DNA of 64,000 bases from Desulfatiglandales bacterium (GTDB taxonomy: Bacteria > Desulfobacterota > DSM-4660 > Desulfatiglandales > Desulfatiglandaceae): the NCBI GenBank assembly GCA_963662465.1, contig OY759599.1, forward strand, positions 7,712,001 through 7,776,000. Direction: 5' to 3'. Under the pieces are notes generated by a model. The model did not search any database and was not told the origin of the DNA. It worked only from the letters and a program-made list of their open reading frames with translations. Below are positions 46,977 to 60,000 of the stretch, in pieces (the first letter of the stretch is position 1; the number at the start of each line of letters is the position of its first letter). Made by a program: the position numbers and the translations under genes.

Positions 46977-47330
46977 GTGAAAAGGAAAGCCCCTCCGCTA
47001 GTGGCGTTTTTGGGTAAAGATACTGCATTTGAGGGGACGTTGTCCTTTACCGGCGGTCTTCGGATTGATGGTTGTTTTCAGGGAGAGATTACGACTGATG
47101 GGACCCTGATTGTGGGAAAAACTGCGGTTATCCGAGGTGAAATTCGTGCTTCATACGTTCTTGTCAGCGGTGAAATTCATGGCAATACCGTTGCGGACCG
47201 GAGGGTCGAGGTTTTGACATCCGCCAGGATTTTCGGGGATATACAGTCTCCGGAGATTATTGTGGGTTCAGGTGCTGTTTTTGAGGGGAAATGTCGAACG
47301 GAAAGCAGTGGAACGGCGTCATTCATCTAA
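46977..47330 (+). CDS. Bactofilin (polymer-forming cytoskeletal protein)
   Basis: FEGTLSF...LRIDG...GEI...GAVFEGKC repeats. Confidence 0.88.
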   Translation: MKRKAPPLVAFLGKDTAFEGTLSFTGGLRIDGCFQGEITTDGTLIVGKTAVIRGEIRASYVLVSGEIHGNTVADRRVEVLTSARIFGDIQSPEIIVGSGAVFEGKCRTESSGTASFI

Positions 47331-47469
47331 CGGCATAGGCGTGAAAAAAGGTTTTGACAATCGCCGTTTTTTTTTGTAAAAGGCGGTAATTTTGTGTGAA
47401 GTAGCCCTGTTTGTAGTTCATTGTAAACCTAAAACCCATGGGAAATCGTGATGAAAGGATGCCTCTGAT

Positions 47470-47898
47470 ATGCTGAATATAGATGGTACACTAATTCTTC
47501 AAATAGCTAATTTTCTTATTCTTCTTGTGGTGATGAACATTATCCTCTATAAGCCGATCCGTGGGATATTGGCAAAAAGAAGTGAGGAGATGGCATCACG
47601 TCAAAGGATGATTGATGATTATCAGGACCGTGTGGCGGAGAATGAGAAAGCGATCGAGACCGGTATGGTTTCGGCACGAAAGGAAGGCTATCAGGAAAAA
47701 GAATCCCTGAAGATTCAAGGCCAGGATGAGGAAAAAGGGGTTCTTCAGGAAGCCGGCGCCGCCGTCGAGCGGAAGCTGACAGCTGCGAAGCAGGAGATTG
47801 AGATTAAAATGGTGGCTGCCAGAGAAACCCTGGAGGGAGAGATTGTCGGTTTTTCCAATGAGTTGGCTGAAAAAATTCTGGGGAGGAGTGTTCAATGA
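47470..47898 (+). CDS. atpF: ATP synthase F0 subunit b'
   Basis: N-terminal TM, LYKPIRGIL, coiled coil, KILGR; first gene of atp cluster. Confidence 0.88.
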   Translation: MLNIDGTLILQIANFLILLVVMNIILYKPIRGILAKRSEEMASRQRMIDDYQDRVAENEKAIETGMVSARKEGYQEKESLKIQGQDEEKGVLQEAGAAVERKLTAAKQEIEIKMVAARETLEGEIVGFSNELAEKILGRSVQ

Positions 47899-48500
47899 TT
47901 AGTTTAGGAAGCAAAAAGGGGAAATCAATTCTGATTGTTGGTATTGCGCTGCTCTTTATGATCACTCTCTGTGGGGTTGCTTTTGCGAGTGGCGGTGAAG
48001 GTGCGTCGGCGGGGCACGATCAAATGCTTAACCTGATGTATCGCCTTCTCAATTTTGCCCTTCTGGTGATTATTCTCGTGGTGATTGTCAAGAAGACCTC
48101 CATGCTGCGTTTTTTCGGAGAGAGAAGGGACGAAATCAAGAAAAAGCTTGAGGAGTTGACGAAGGAACGCCAGGCAGCTGAAAATCGGAGTCGAGAGCTT
48201 GAGACCAAGCTTCGGGAATTTGAAATTCAGAAAAAGGAGATCCTCGAACAGTTCAGGGCTGAAGGCGCGGCGGAAAAAGCGCTAATTATCGCTGAAGCCA
48301 GGGAAAGGGCAGCGCAACTCATCAGCCAGGCGGATCGCACCATTGAGCGTGAGATTCAAGGCGCCACTGAGAGACTAAAACAGGAAGTGGTTGAAATAGC
48401 GGCCCTGCGGGCGGAGGAAATTATTGTCAAAGGGATAAGGGACAGTGATCAGGACCACTTGGTGAATGAATTCATTAAAAGCGTGGAGAAACTACATTGA
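47895..48500 (+). CDS. atpF: ATP synthase F0 subunit b
   Basis: RLLNFALL TM plus coiled coil; precedes atpH. Confidence 0.88.
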   Translation: MISLGSKKGKSILIVGIALLFMITLCGVAFASGGEGASAGHDQMLNLMYRLLNFALLVIILVVIVKKTSMLRFFGERRDEIKKKLEELTKERQAAENRSRELETKLREFEIQKKEILEQFRAEGAAEKALIIAEARERAAQLISQADRTIEREIQGATERLKQEVVEIAALRAEEIIVKGIRDSDQDHLVNEFIKSVEKLH

Positions 48501-49048
48501 CCGGTTCAAAGATTTCCAAAAGATATGCAAAGGCGCTGCTCAGTCTGGGGCAGGAAGATGGGAATTATGCGGAATACGGGGATAACCTGAGGGAATTCGC
48601 CGGATTTTGCGAGGAGAACCCGGAATTCGGTAAGGTAATCTGCAATCCGGTTTTTTCCGTGGATGATCGAAAAAAGGTGCTGAATGTGATACTGGAGAAA
48701 AGCCCCTTTGCTGATTATGTCAAGAACTTTCTGCGGCTTCTCCTGGACAAAAACAGGATACAGAACATCGAAGATGTTTCAGCCAATTACACACGACTCA
48801 CCGATGAGATTTCAAACATTATCCGTGCTAATATCATTACGGCCCGACCTTTGAAAGTTGAGGCAATGGACAAACTGGATGTTGTCCTTGCAAAGATTAC
48901 TTCCAAGACGGTCAAAACCAATGTGGAAGAGGATGCGTCTCTCATTGGGGGGCTTGTCGTAAAGATAGGTGATTTGGTATTGGATGGCAGTGTCAGGGCA
49001 CAGCTTGAAGGCCTAAAAGAATCATTTAAGAGGGGTGAATATAACTAA
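48497..49048 (+). CDS. atpH: ATP synthase F1 delta
   Basis: SKRYAKAL...[22 protein letters not shown]. Confidence 0.95.
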   Translation: MTGSKISKRYAKALLSLGQEDGNYAEYGDNLREFAGFCEENPEFGKVICNPVFSVDDRKKVLNVILEKSPFADYVKNFLRLLLDKNRIQNIEDVSANYTRLTDEISNIIRANIITARPLKVEAMDKLDVVLAKITSKTVKTNVEEDASLIGGLVVKIGDLVLDGSVRAQLEGLKESFKRGEYN

Positions 49049-50562
49049 TGGAGATCAGAGCTGCAGAAATAAGTGAGATAATCCGGGGTCAGATTAAAGA
49101 CTATGAAAAGAAGGTCGAAGTAAGTGAGACCGGAACCGTCTTGTCTGTGGGTGATGGCATCGCTCGCGTATACGGGATTGAGAAGGTCATGGCCATGGAG
49201 ATGGTGGAATTCTCCGGAGGCATCTATGGCCTTTGCCTTAATCTGGAAGAAGATAACGTGGGTGTCGCCATTATGGGCGATGACTCCAAAATTAAAGAGG
49301 GCGATACAGTCAAGAGGACCGGCAAAATTGCTGAAATCCCCGTGGGAGAGGCGGTTCTAGGTCGCGTTATTGATGCGGTGGGGCAGCCTCTTGATGGGAA
49401 GGGTCCCATTGAAGCAACTGAATTTAACCGGCTTGAGATGGTCGCGCCCGGCGTTATTGATCGGCAATCCGTTTCCGAGCCCATGTACACGGGTATCAAG
49501 GCAATTGACGCCATGACGCCGGTGGGAAGAGGCCAGCGCGAGTTGATCATCGGCGACAGGCAGATCGGGAAAACAGCCATCTGTGTGGATGCCATCATCA
49601 ATCAGAAGGATACGGATGTTTACTGCATTTATGTGGCGACGGGTCAGAAAAAGTCAACCGTTGCGCAAGTGGTTAATATCCTGGAAAAGCATGGGGCCAT
49701 GGCATACACAACTGTTGTAGCGGCGTGTGCCAGTGACCCGGCTACTCAGCAGTTTATTTCACCCTACGCCGGTTGCGCCATTGGAGAATACTACCGAGAC
49801 CAGGGAAAACATGCCCTGATTATTTATGACGATCTTTCAAAACAGGCCACCGCTTACCGCCAGGTCTCTCTTTTGCTCAGGCGGCCCCCCGGACGGGAGG
49901 CTTTTCCCGGGGATATTTTTTACAACCATTCCAGGCTGCTTGAACGGGCCGCCAAGGTTAATGATAAACTGGGGGCCGGGTCTCTGACGGCACTTCCGAT
50001 TATTGAAACCCAGGCAGGTGATGTTTCCGCGTATATTCCCACCAACGTGATTTCCATTACGGATGGTCAGGTTTATCTGGAGCCGAATCTGTTTTTCTCC
50101 GGCGTTCGTCCCGCCATTAACGTGGGTCTTTCCGTTTCCCGTGTGGGCGGCGCTGCTCAAACCAAGGCTATGCGGAAGGTTGCGGGTTCTCTTAAACTGG
50201 ATATGGCTCAGTTCAGGGAACTGGAAGCCTTTGCCGCTTTCGGTAGTGATCTTGACAAAGCGACACTGAAGCAGCTCGACCGCGGTCGCAGGTTGGTTGA
50301 AGTATTGAAACAGCCTCAGTTTCATCCCATGACCGCTGAGAAAGAGGTGGCTATCCTATATGCAGGTTCAAAAGGCTTCCTAGACAAATGGCCGGAAAGT
50401 TCGGTTGCCGATTATGAAAAACAGATGCTTGAGTTTATGAGCAGCAAGCATGCAGACGTTTTGGCCGATATCAAGGAAAAAGGTGATATTTCGGAGGAAA
50501 CGGACAATAAGCTGAAAAAGGCTCTGATGGAATTTGAGGGAATTTTTCAACCTGCGGCCTGA
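49048..50562 (+). CDS. atpA: ATP synthase F1 alpha
   Basis: [33 protein letters not shown]. Confidence 0.98.
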   Translation: MEIRAAEISEIIRGQIKDYEKKVEVSETGTVLSVGDGIARVYGIEKVMAMEMVEFSGGIYGLCLNLEEDNVGVAIMGDDSKIKEGDTVKRTGKIAEIPVGEAVLGRVIDAVGQPLDGKGPIEATEFNRLEMVAPGVIDRQSVSEPMYTGIKAIDAMTPVGRGQRELIIGDRQIGKTAICVDAIINQKDTDVYCIYVATGQKKSTVAQVVNILEKHGAMAYTTVVAACASDPATQQFISPYAGCAIGEYYRDQGKHALIIYDDLSKQATAYRQVSLLLRRPPGREAFPGDIFYNHSRLLERAAKVNDKLGAGSLTALPIIETQAGDVSAYIPTNVISITDGQVYLEPNLFFSGVRPAINVGLSVSRVGGAAQTKAMRKVAGSLKLDMAQFRELEAFAAFGSDLDKATLKQLDRGRRLVEVLKQPQFHPMTAEKEVAILYAGSKGFLDKWPESSVADYEKQMLEFMSSKHADVLADIKEKGDISEETDNKLKKALMEFEGIFQPAA

Positions 50563-50628
50563 TTCGCTTTATCCTTTTGAAAATGAAAAGGGCCATAAAC
50601 TTCAGATAACTAAAGAGAGAAAGGCCAC

Positions 50629-51510
50629 ATGGCAACCTTAAGTGATATTCAGAGGAAAATAGGCGCTGTTAAAAAAACGCGGCAAATTACCAAAGCCATG
50701 AATATGGTTGCTGCTTCCAAACTCCGCGGCGCCCAGATGAAAATGGAGAGCTTTGAGCCCTACGCAACGAAGTTTGCGGAAGTGCTTGGAAATCTGGCAA
50801 GCCGGATCGAAACGGATATTCATCCTCTGCTCGTGAAAAAGGAAAAGGTTTCCCGGGTGGAGTTGCTGCATTTTTCAGGCGATAAGGGCCTTTGCGGTAG
50901 TTTCAATACCAATTTGTTTCACCGGGCGGAAAAGTGGGTGAAGGAAGAAAAGGATAATGGCGTTAACATTGCCCTGACGGCGGTTGGAAAACGGGGCCGC
51001 GATTATTTTAAGAAAAGAGGGTATGACCTTATTGGAAGCCACGTTAATGCATATGGGAGTGTTGACATATCCTTTGTCAATCAGATCAGCAGAGGCATGA
51101 TTGACCGGTATCTTGCGGACGAAGTGGATAGCGTCTATATGATCTACAGTCGTTTTCTCGGTATGGGCAAACAGTTGCCTACATTGGTGAAACTGATTCC
51201 CGTTGAGCCGCCTGGGGTCAAAGGTGAAGAACGGTCAGGCGCTGACGAGGCAGAGTATCTTTGTGAGCCGGATCCCGAAGGTCTGATGATCGAGCTTTTA
51301 CCCAAACACATTAATGTGCAAATTTATAATGCATTCCTGCAAAACGAAACAAGTGAGCATGCCGCGCGTATGGCTGCCATGGATAATGCTTCCAGGAATT
51401 GTGACGATCTTGTAGAAAGTCTTACCCTTGCTTACAATAAAGCACGACAGGCGGCTGTTACTGCTGAATTGATGGACATTGTGGGTGGCGCCGCCGCCTT
51501 GAAGGGATAA
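50629..51510 (+). CDS. atpG: ATP synthase F1 gamma
   Basis: QITKAMNMVAASK, DKGLCG, SEHAARM, NKARQAAVT. Confidence 0.97.
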   Translation: MATLSDIQRKIGAVKKTRQITKAMNMVAASKLRGAQMKMESFEPYATKFAEVLGNLASRIETDIHPLLVKKEKVSRVELLHFSGDKGLCGSFNTNLFHRAEKWVKEEKDNGVNIALTAVGKRGRDYFKKRGYDLIGSHVNAYGSVDISFVNQISRGMIDRYLADEVDSVYMIYSRFLGMGKQLPTLVKLIPVEPPGVKGEERSGADEAEYLCEPDPEGLMIELLPKHINVQIYNAFLQNETSEHAARMAAMDNASRNCDDLVESLTLAYNKARQAAVTAELMDIVGGAAALKG

Positions 51511-51527
51511 CGGTTTTAACCATATAA

Positions 51528-52955
<1,428 letters not shown>

Positions 52956-52971
52956 ATAGAGGGGATAGTCC

Positions 52972-53382
52972 ATGGGAAAGCTGCATTTGGAAGTTGTTAC
53001 CCCTGAGAAGGTGATGGTGAGTCAAGAGGTGGACATTGTTGTTGCTCCTGGAACCATGGGTGAATTCGGCGTTTTGGGAGGACATGTACCCTTTCTTTCG
53101 GGAATTGAACCGGGTGAGCTGCGTTTTTCCAACGGCAATCAAACGGAACGGTTTTTTGTGACCACCGGATTTTCCGAAGTATCGGACGACAAAGTCTCGG
53201 TTCTGGTTGACGCTGCCGAAAAAGCCACGGAAATTGATTTGGAGCGGGCCCGGAAGGCTTTGGAAAGAGCCAAGGAAAGACTGGCTGCGGATCGGGGCAA
53301 GGACGATGTTGATTTTATGAGGGCTGAGGGTGCACTTAAGCGCGCTATTGTCCGAATTAGATTATCGGAAAAGAAAAATTAG
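52972..53382 (+). CDS. atpC: ATP synthase F1 epsilon
   Basis: LEVVTPE...GEFGVLGGH...IDLERA. Confidence 0.96.
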   Translation: MGKLHLEVVTPEKVMVSQEVDIVVAPGTMGEFGVLGGHVPFLSGIEPGELRFSNGNQTERFFVTTGFSEVSDDKVSVLVDAAEKATEIDLERARKALERAKERLAADRGKDDVDFMRAEGALKRAIVRIRLSEKKN

Positions 53383-53405
53383 CGAAATAAAAATCAATAA
53401 ACATT

Positions 53406-53442
53406 AAAAAAAAGGCAAGCGGAATTGCGCTTGCCTTTTTTT
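53406..53442 (+). terminator. Rho-independent terminator after atpC
   Basis: A8-ggcaagcg-gaattg-cgcttgcc-T7. Confidence 0.88.
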
Positions 53443-53603
53443 ATGTATTGACCTTTCTTGATTTCAAAGATAGTATGCAGCGATGTTTATGATGAGGATA
53501 GTCGTTTAATTGAAAAATAATCGTAAGTGCTGAATTTAAAGTGACAGGGCTTTATATTCCTGACTTTTGTAGAATGTTTGACATGGAAGAGGTGTGGGTG
53601 ATT

Positions 53604-53885
53604 ATGGATACGGAGAATGAAAACAATCAGTATAATGTTTTAGAATCTTCCAATGCGGAGCATGAGGTTGATCAGTTTCAATTGCTTGAGGAGAGAGTTA
53701 ACGGCCTTATAGAAAAAATAATGGCTTTGAAAGTCGAAAAAGAAGCCCTTGAAGAAATGGTTTGCCTCGAGGAGGCGAAAGTTTCCGAATTGAAAACAGA
53801 AGTTGAGAAACTACGATCCGTCAGAAGTGATGCCAAGCAAAAGATTATGTCCCTTCTTGAAAAAATGGAACATGCTGCAAGCTAG
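53604..53885 (+). CDS. zapB: ZapB-like coiled-coil cell division protein
   Basis: Short all-coiled-coil ORF (FQLLEERVNGLI...IMSLLEKM) upstream of zapA. Confidence 0.65.
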   Translation: MDTENENNQYNVLESSNAEHEVDQFQLLEERVNGLIEKIMALKVEKEALEEMVCLEEAKVSELKTEVEKLRSVRSDAKQKIMSLLEKMEHAAS

Positions 53886-54040
53886 GGCAGTTGAGGCTGG
53901 TGGTGGTCTGAGTTGTTCATTGTGTGAGTGGAAAATCGCCAATGGGTTTTTGAACCTATGGTGGCCAAATAGTATGGCCCCTTAATCTTTTGAGAGGGAT
54001 TTAGTGCCTTGTTTTTTGGGTGCTTGGTAAACTCGGAGAT

Positions 54041-54319
54041 ATGAAAAATCCAATTCGAATCAGGATTCTGGACAATGAATATCTGCTGCGGAGCGATGAA
54101 GAGCCCGAGCAGGTGACTGAAATTGCTAAACTGGTCAATGATAAGTTGGATGAGGTCAGAAAAAACTCTGACAAACTTTCCGAGGGAAAAACGGCCATTT
54201 TGGCTGCATTTGATATTGCCGGTGATTATCTCCGTTTGCTTAAAGAACGAGATGTGTTGCTTCGGGATATTCAGGACCGTTGTCGGTTGATGAATCGGCA
54301 GATTAAATCCTTGGAATAG
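54041..54319 (+). CDS. zapA: Cell division protein ZapA
   Basis: IRILDNEYLL...IAKLVNDKL...AILAAFDIA; upstream of rny. Confidence 0.88.
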   Translation: MKNPIRIRILDNEYLLRSDEEPEQVTEIAKLVNDKLDEVRKNSDKLSEGKTAILAAFDIAGDYLRLLKERDVLLRDIQDRCRLMNRQIKSLE

Positions 54320-54845
54320 AGATGCTTTCTCTTTTTTTTATTTTCCGGGATTGCTTTTTTTAATTGCCGAACGGAACATATTTTCGCTAGGTGGTGGCTA
54401 CGACGCTTGGCTTACCGGCCGGGATTTTTATATATTTGAGGGTCTGGGGATATTAGGACAAAACACGCGAAACGTGATAATATAATAAATAAAAAGAGTT
54501 TGTATTGAACATTGCCTGGATATTGAGATGGATGTGACGGTGATCCTGTAGCTGGGTCATCTATGCTTTTCTGTCCTTGTCGGGATGCATTAGAGGTCTG
54601 TGTTTGCCCTCCTTCCCCATAAATCGGGATGTGGTATTTTAACCCGATGTCCCTTCTTTTGCATTAGATAATCATATTCTAAAGCAACTTTTTTCGATTC
54701 TGGTGCTGGTGTAAACTTAGGTGGGTTGTGGTGTCCGCGCATTTTCTTGCTGGGGGCTCCCTGCCGGTTTAGTATATTTGCGTCTTAATTTGTTAGGCGT
54801 AAGAAAGACCCTCGATAAGCTGATTTTTAGGAGCAGAAAAGTATT

Positions 54846-56408
54846 ATGAGCTCATTGTATATGATAGCCATAGGTGGTGCGGGGCTGATCGTTGGGATAC
54901 TGTTCGGTTTTCTGGTTCGAAAGAAACTGGTGGAAAGTCGAATTGAAGCCATTGAAGAGTATTCAAGAAAGGTCTTGGCTGAAGCGCAGAAAGAAGCCAA
55001 GACAACAAAACGGGAGGCAGAACTTCAAGCTAAGGACACCTTGTATCAAATGAAGGTGGAATTCGAAAAGGAGAGCAAGGAAAAGAAAGATGAAGTGCTG
55101 GCTCAGGAAAAGCGGCTTCATCAGAAAGAAACGAATATCGATCACAAAATTGAGCAGCTTGAAAAACGGGAAGATCGGATTGCTGAAAAAGAAAAATCCG
55201 TTGTTAGAAATGAGCTTGAAAACAAGAAAAAGGAGGCGGAATATAACAAGCTTATTGCTGACCAGCGAATTGAGTTGGAAACGATGGCCGGTATGTCGGG
55301 GGAAGAGGCAAAGCAGCTTTTGGTTAAGTCCATGGAGATGGAGGCTAAGCACGATGCCGCCAAAATGATCAGACGCATTGAAAGTGAAACCAAAGCCGAA
55401 GCCGACAGAAAAGCTCAGGAAATTATCGCGCTCGCTGTCAAACGATATTCTGGAGACTATGCTGCCGAAAAAATTGTCTCCGTGGTTAATCTTCCCAGTG
55501 AAGAGATGAAAGGTCGAATTATCGGAAGAGAGGGGCGGAACATTCGTGCCATTGAAGCGGCGACCGGTATTGATCTGATCATAGATGATACGCCTGAGGC
55601 CGTCATTTTGTCCGGATTTAATCCGGTGCGAAGACAAATTGCAAAAATTTCATTGGAGAGATTGATTGAGGATGGCAGAATCCATCCGGCGCGGATTGAA
55701 GAGATTGTGGCAAAGGCGACCTTGGAAATTGAAAGCAGTATGAAAGAAGCCGGTGAGCAAGCTACTTTTGATGTGGGAGTACACGGCATTAATCAGGAAC
55801 TCGTCAAGCTTATCGGTCGTCTTAAGTACCGGTCGAGTTATGCACAGAATGTATTACAGCATTCCATGGAAGTTAGTTTCCTTTGCGGTATTATGGCCGC
55901 TGAATTGGGGCAAAATGTGAAACAGGCGAAACGCGCAGGTCTGCTTCACGATATTGGAAAGGCTGTGGATCATGAAGTTGAGGGCCCACATGCCACTATT
56001 GGAGCGGATCTTGCGAGGCGTTATGGTGAATCGAACCTGGTGGTTCATGCCATCGCGGCGCACCACGAAGATGTTGAGATGGAATCTGTTTTGGATGTGC
56101 TGGTTCAGGCAGCGGATACCCTTTCCGGGGCCAGGCCCGGCGCGCGTCAGGAAATGCTTGAAAGTTATGTCAAGCGGTTGGAAAAGTTGGAAACAATTGC
56201 CACATCGTTTCGCGGTGTCACCAAGTCTTTTGCGATTCAGGCCGGTCGCGAGATTCGGATCATGGTGGAAGGCAAAATTGTCAGCGACGAGCAGTCCAGT
56301 GTACTCTGTAGAGATATTGCAAAGAAAATTGAAAAAGAATTGACCTACCCGGGGCAAATCAGGGTGATTGTAATTCGTGAAACCCGTGCCGTCAGTTACG
56401 CCAAATAG
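54846..56408 (+). CDS. rny: Ribonuclease Y
   Basis: N-terminal TM, coiled coil, KH ([14 protein letters not shown]), HD (LLHDIGK). Confidence 0.97.
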   Translation: MSSLYMIAIGGAGLIVGILFGFLVRKKLVESRIEAIEEYSRKVLAEAQKEAKTTKREAELQAKDTLYQMKVEFEKESKEKKDEVLAQEKRLHQKETNIDHKIEQLEKREDRIAEKEKSVVRNELENKKKEAEYNKLIADQRIELETMAGMSGEEAKQLLVKSMEMEAKHDAAKMIRRIESETKAEADRKAQEIIALAVKRYSGDYAAEKIVSVVNLPSEEMKGRIIGREGRNIRAIEAATGIDLIIDDTPEAVILSGFNPVRRQIAKISLERLIEDGRIHPARIEEIVAKATLEIESSMKEAGEQATFDVGVHGINQELVKLIGRLKYRSSYAQNVLQHSMEVSFLCGIMAAELGQNVKQAKRAGLLHDIGKAVDHEVEGPHATIGADLARRYGESNLVVHAIAAHHEDVEMESVLDVLVQAADTLSGARPGARQEMLESYVKRLEKLETIATSFRGVTKSFAIQAGREIRIMVEGKIVSDEQSSVLCRDIAKKIEKELTYPGQIRVIVIRETRAVSYAK

Positions 56409-56412
56409 TGGA

Positions 56413-57135
56413 TCAGGCGTTTGAAGATCCCTCTAAAATTGGGGGCAATTGATGCAGTGCATCAAGCTCCACATCAGCTGGGAATAGCGTCATCGCTTCC
56501 TGTGAATCTTCACCGCCGCGGAGATACCCGGCCAGCATTCCCGCTCGACGGGCCGCGTTCACATCATTTCGAGAGTCCCCAATTAAGAGTGTCTCTCCAG
56601 GCTCTACGCCAATGGCTTTTGCCGCGGTTAGCAATCCTTCCGGATGTGGCTTAAGCCTGGAAACGTCATTTCTGGATATTACTACCCGAAGTAAACCGAA
56701 GAGCCCCAGCTTCTCCATGGCAGCTTCAAGCGACACTTTCCCTATGTTGCTGACGAGACCCATTTTGAACCCCTGGTTTCTGAGTTTCTTAAGTGTTTCC
56801 AGTGTATCGGGATAGCGTTTCCAGCGTGTCAAAGCATCCGCATCAAAATGGTCGTAAATGCTGTCCATGAGATCTTTTGCCCCAGTGGGCGACTTTTTAC
56901 CTTTTCCCTGCTCCGCCAGATCCAGCGTATGGTTATAAATGTGGGCATAGCCGGGTTTTTCCCCGTACCATTGCTGTTTATAACCGGCTTTGGAAAGGGC
57001 TTCCAGTGTTTCGGCAACAGCCGTCTCAAGCTGCCACTGGAAATCCACCAGAGTCCCTTCAAAGTCAAAAAAAACCTCTTTTATGGTGGTTATCTTCGCA
57101 AAAATGGCTGAATTGGGTTTTTCAAGATGGGTCAT
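56413..57135 (-). CDS. HAD-family hydrolase (phosphoglycolate phosphatase-like)
   Basis: FDFEGTLVD, VSN, KPHP, IGDSRND. Confidence 0.88.
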   Translation of the reverse strand: MTHLEKPNSAIFAKITTIKEVFFDFEGTLVDFQWQLETAVAETLEALSKAGYKQQWYGEKPGYAHIYNHTLDLAEQGKGKKSPTGAKDLMDSIYDHFDADALTRWKRYPDTLETLKKLRNQGFKMGLVSNIGKVSLEAAMEKLGLFGLLRVVISRNDVSRLKPHPEGLLTAAKAIGVEPGETLLIGDSRNDVNAARRAGMLAGYLRGGEDSQEAMTLFPADVELDALHQLPPILEGSSNA

Positions 57136-57601
57136 TAGGAGGCCTTTCAGTTACTTTTAAAAGATTCAAAAAGATGTCGTCCGATTTTTTTTGTCATACC
57201 TGACAGCATGGTTTTCGTCAAGTATGAAAAAGAGTAACGGAAATGATTTTCATTCGCAATTAAATGCGAATTTGCTTGCACTTTTTACAGTACAGCTATA
57301 ATGTAGCGCTATTGCAGCCATTTTTAAGGAATCTCGGAGCATATCTTCGAGAATGTTTAAGAAGTCTCTTTTTTGTTCCTGCATCTGGGGTTTATGAACG
57401 TTTCAAGCCCGTAAGGATAAGAAGGCCTTTTTACATGATATCAATGCAGGTTTTGCCTTGACAGGGTGTTAATACTCTCCTAGTCTCCAAAGGGCGTGCC
57501 CCTTTATTTTGGTTTAGGCGCCGCTTTTGAGTTTTTTTCCCTGTTTTTTTGATTGAAAATATGAATGGAATAAGCCGCCATTGCTGAAAGGAGGAGTCGT
57601 A

Positions 57602-58159
57602 ATGTCGAGAACGAAGTCCTATTTGGAAGGGATGCGAATCTTGGCTGTGGATGATGAAGAAGACGTTCTTGATACGATTGAGGAGGATCTGGAGTTTTCC
57701 CATATTGATAAGGCCTCGGATTATAACACTGCCAAGGCGAAGATCGCCAATGGGAAATATGATTTGGCCATTTTGGATATTATGGGTGTCGATGGTCTGA
57801 ATCTTCTTCAGGAGACCGTTTCAAAGGGGATTCCCACCATCATGCTGACCGCACATGCGATGAATGCAGATACGCTGATGACCTCTATTCAGCGGGGCGC
57901 CATTGCTTTTTTGCCGAAAGAAAAACTGGCAGACCTGGAACAATTGTTGTCGGGTCTCCTTGAAGCACATCATGCGGGTAAACCGACCTGGAAAATTCTT
58001 TTTGAAGAGCTGGGTGATCATTTCAATGAAAAATTCGGGCTGGGTTGGCAAGAAAAGCACGGTGATTTCTGGTCCAGGTTTAACCAAACCTATAGCGTCG
58101 GAAAGGGTATTCAAACCCGGCTGATGCATGATCGGAAAATATTGTCAAAGGGTGTTTGA
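57602..58159 (+). CDS. Response regulator receiver protein with C-terminal extension
   Basis: ILAVDDE, ILDIMG, MLTAH, FLPK. Confidence 0.88.
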   Translation: MSRTKSYLEGMRILAVDDEEDVLDTIEEDLEFSHIDKASDYNTAKAKIANGKYDLAILDIMGVDGLNLLQETVSKGIPTIMLTAHAMNADTLMTSIQRGAIAFLPKEKLADLEQLLSGLLEAHHAGKPTWKILFEELGDHFNEKFGLGWQEKHGDFWSRFNQTYSVGKGIQTRLMHDRKILSKGV

Positions 58160-58296
58160 GTGGGTATTTCGATGTTTGAAAGGAGGTGACGCCGTAAAAT
58201 TTTTGAAAAATTCGGATTGAGGTCCATTGTGGCGCCTTGATCGGCCTGGTGAGAGGGCGATTCAGTTTGTTGAATCTCTGACAGAAAGGAGCAAAT

Positions 58297-59385
58297 GTGG
58301 CGATGAAAAAGCTATTTTTTTCTGTAGTGGTGTGTTTGGTAGGGGTTGTTATGATCTGTGGTGTGGGATGGGCAAAAAAGGCGCCTTCCCTGGATACATG
58401 GAAACCAGCCTTTGATCCATCGGGCGCAAAGTACAAATGTATGGTTTCAAATGTTTCTCATCCTGTCCTTAAGGGCGTCTTTGCCGGTTTTGCAATCCGC
58501 GATGAATTGTGGAAACGCACCAACGGGCAGATCTATTTTGACTTCAAACCCTTTTCCATGCTGGGGGGAGAGGTTGAAGTTCTGAATCAACTCCAGATGG
58601 GCGCCATTCAGGGTATGGCCTGTAGTTCCGTCGCATCAACCAATTTGGGGCCCCGGTTCGGGCTCATCAACCTTCCCTTTCTCGTGGATACTTTTGTCAA
58701 ATTGGATAAATTTGTCGATAGCGGTAAGCTCTTTGACCATTACATGAATGCCATGGACCACCAGGGGATCATGGGGTTGGATATTACCGGATACGGAAAT
58801 TACGGATGGGCGACTACCATTCCGGTCAGGAACATTGAGGAAGCCAAGCAAGTGAAATTCAGGATTGCGGAAGCCGCTGTCAATAAGATGCTCTACAAGG
58901 CCTGGGGCTTCAATCCCGTTGTGATGCCGTGGCCGGACGTGCCGGTCGCCTTGAAGCAGGGCGTTATTACCGGCCTGGACCATTCGCCCACGGTTTGCTA
59001 CATCACTAAAAAATTTGAAGTGGCAAAATATTTCACCAGGGTCAATTATGCTCAGGGGTTGTTTATCTGGATCTTTAACAAGGCCTGGTTCAATAAACTT
59101 CCCGCCGACCTTCAAAAAACCTTTAAGGATGTGGTCCACGAGATATGCGCCAAAACGCGTCAGGAGACCATTACTCAGGAAGCATGGGCCATCAAGGAAG
59201 CCAAGGCAAAGGCCGGCGTTACCTTTATCGACCTGTCCGAAGCGGATATGGCGACCCTGCAAAAAGAAGGCAATACGGTCTACAAGGATTTCGCTCCCCA
59301 AATCAACAAGCTTTACCCGGGTGACAAGTACCGCCCCAAGGATTTCCTGAAAGAAGTTCAGGTCTATTTGGGCTATAAGCCGTAA
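58297..59385 (+). CDS. dctP: TRAP transporter substrate-binding protein
   Basis: Signal peptide, LGGEVEVLNQLQMG, KFRI, ALKQGVITG. Confidence 0.9.
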   Translation: MAMKKLFFSVVVCLVGVVMICGVGWAKKAPSLDTWKPAFDPSGAKYKCMVSNVSHPVLKGVFAGFAIRDELWKRTNGQIYFDFKPFSMLGGEVEVLNQLQMGAIQGMACSSVASTNLGPRFGLINLPFLVDTFVKLDKFVDSGKLFDHYMNAMDHQGIMGLDITGYGNYGWATTIPVRNIEEAKQVKFRIAEAAVNKMLYKAWGFNPVVMPWPDVPVALKQGVITGLDHSPTVCYITKKFEVAKYFTRVNYAQGLFIWIFNKAWFNKLPADLQKTFKDVVHEICAKTRQETITQEAWAIKEAKAKAGVTFIDLSEADMATLQKEGNTVYKDFAPQINKLYPGDKYRPKDFLKEVQVYLGYKP

Positions 59386-59444
59386 ACCTATCATGGGCGG
59401 GGTGGAGAGATTCTCTTCCCGCCCGTATTTTTTGGGGAGTAGAC

Positions 59445-59948
59445 ATGTTTCTAAAAGTGTTGGGCTTTTTTGATAAAGTGCTGGCTTTTATTGAGGATTG
59501 GACCCTGTTTATTGCCACCTTCGCCGCGTTACTTGCCCTTTTTGTAAATGTGGTTTTGAGGTACGGGTTCAATTATTCCCTGGCCTGGTCGGAAGAGCTG
59601 GTACGGGAAGTGATTATTCTAACGACCTTTATCGGATGCAGCGCCGCCATAAAGGCCCGTTCTATGATCAAGATTGACGCCCTGGTTCAATTGGTTCCAA
59701 TCCTGAAAACGCCTCTTGGCATTTTCAGCCATTTGATCACACTCCTGTTTTCCGGCATGATGGTGTATTATGGCTGGAAAATGGCGGCCCTTCAGATTAT
59801 GACGCAACAGAAAACCATCATACTTGAGATTCCTCTCGTGTATCTCTATGCGATTCTGCCTGTCATGGGGGTTATGATGTTTATTCGAACCGTTCACGTG
59901 ATGTATCAGGATTTTCTGGAAAAGCGGACTGAAGCGGAAGCGGCCTGA
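59445..59948 (+). CDS. dctQ: TRAP transporter small permease
   Basis: NVVLRY...WSEELVR, four TMs. Confidence 0.9.
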   Translation: MFLKVLGFFDKVLAFIEDWTLFIATFAALLALFVNVVLRYGFNYSLAWSEELVREVIILTTFIGCSAAIKARSMIKIDALVQLVPILKTPLGIFSHLITLLFSGMMVYYGWKMAALQIMTQQKTIILEIPLVYLYAILPVMGVMMFIRTVHVMYQDFLEKRTEAEAA

Positions 59949-60000
59949 TTGCAGACGTCGTTTTAGATATCCATCCCTATCCATTCGGAGATAAACTTTC

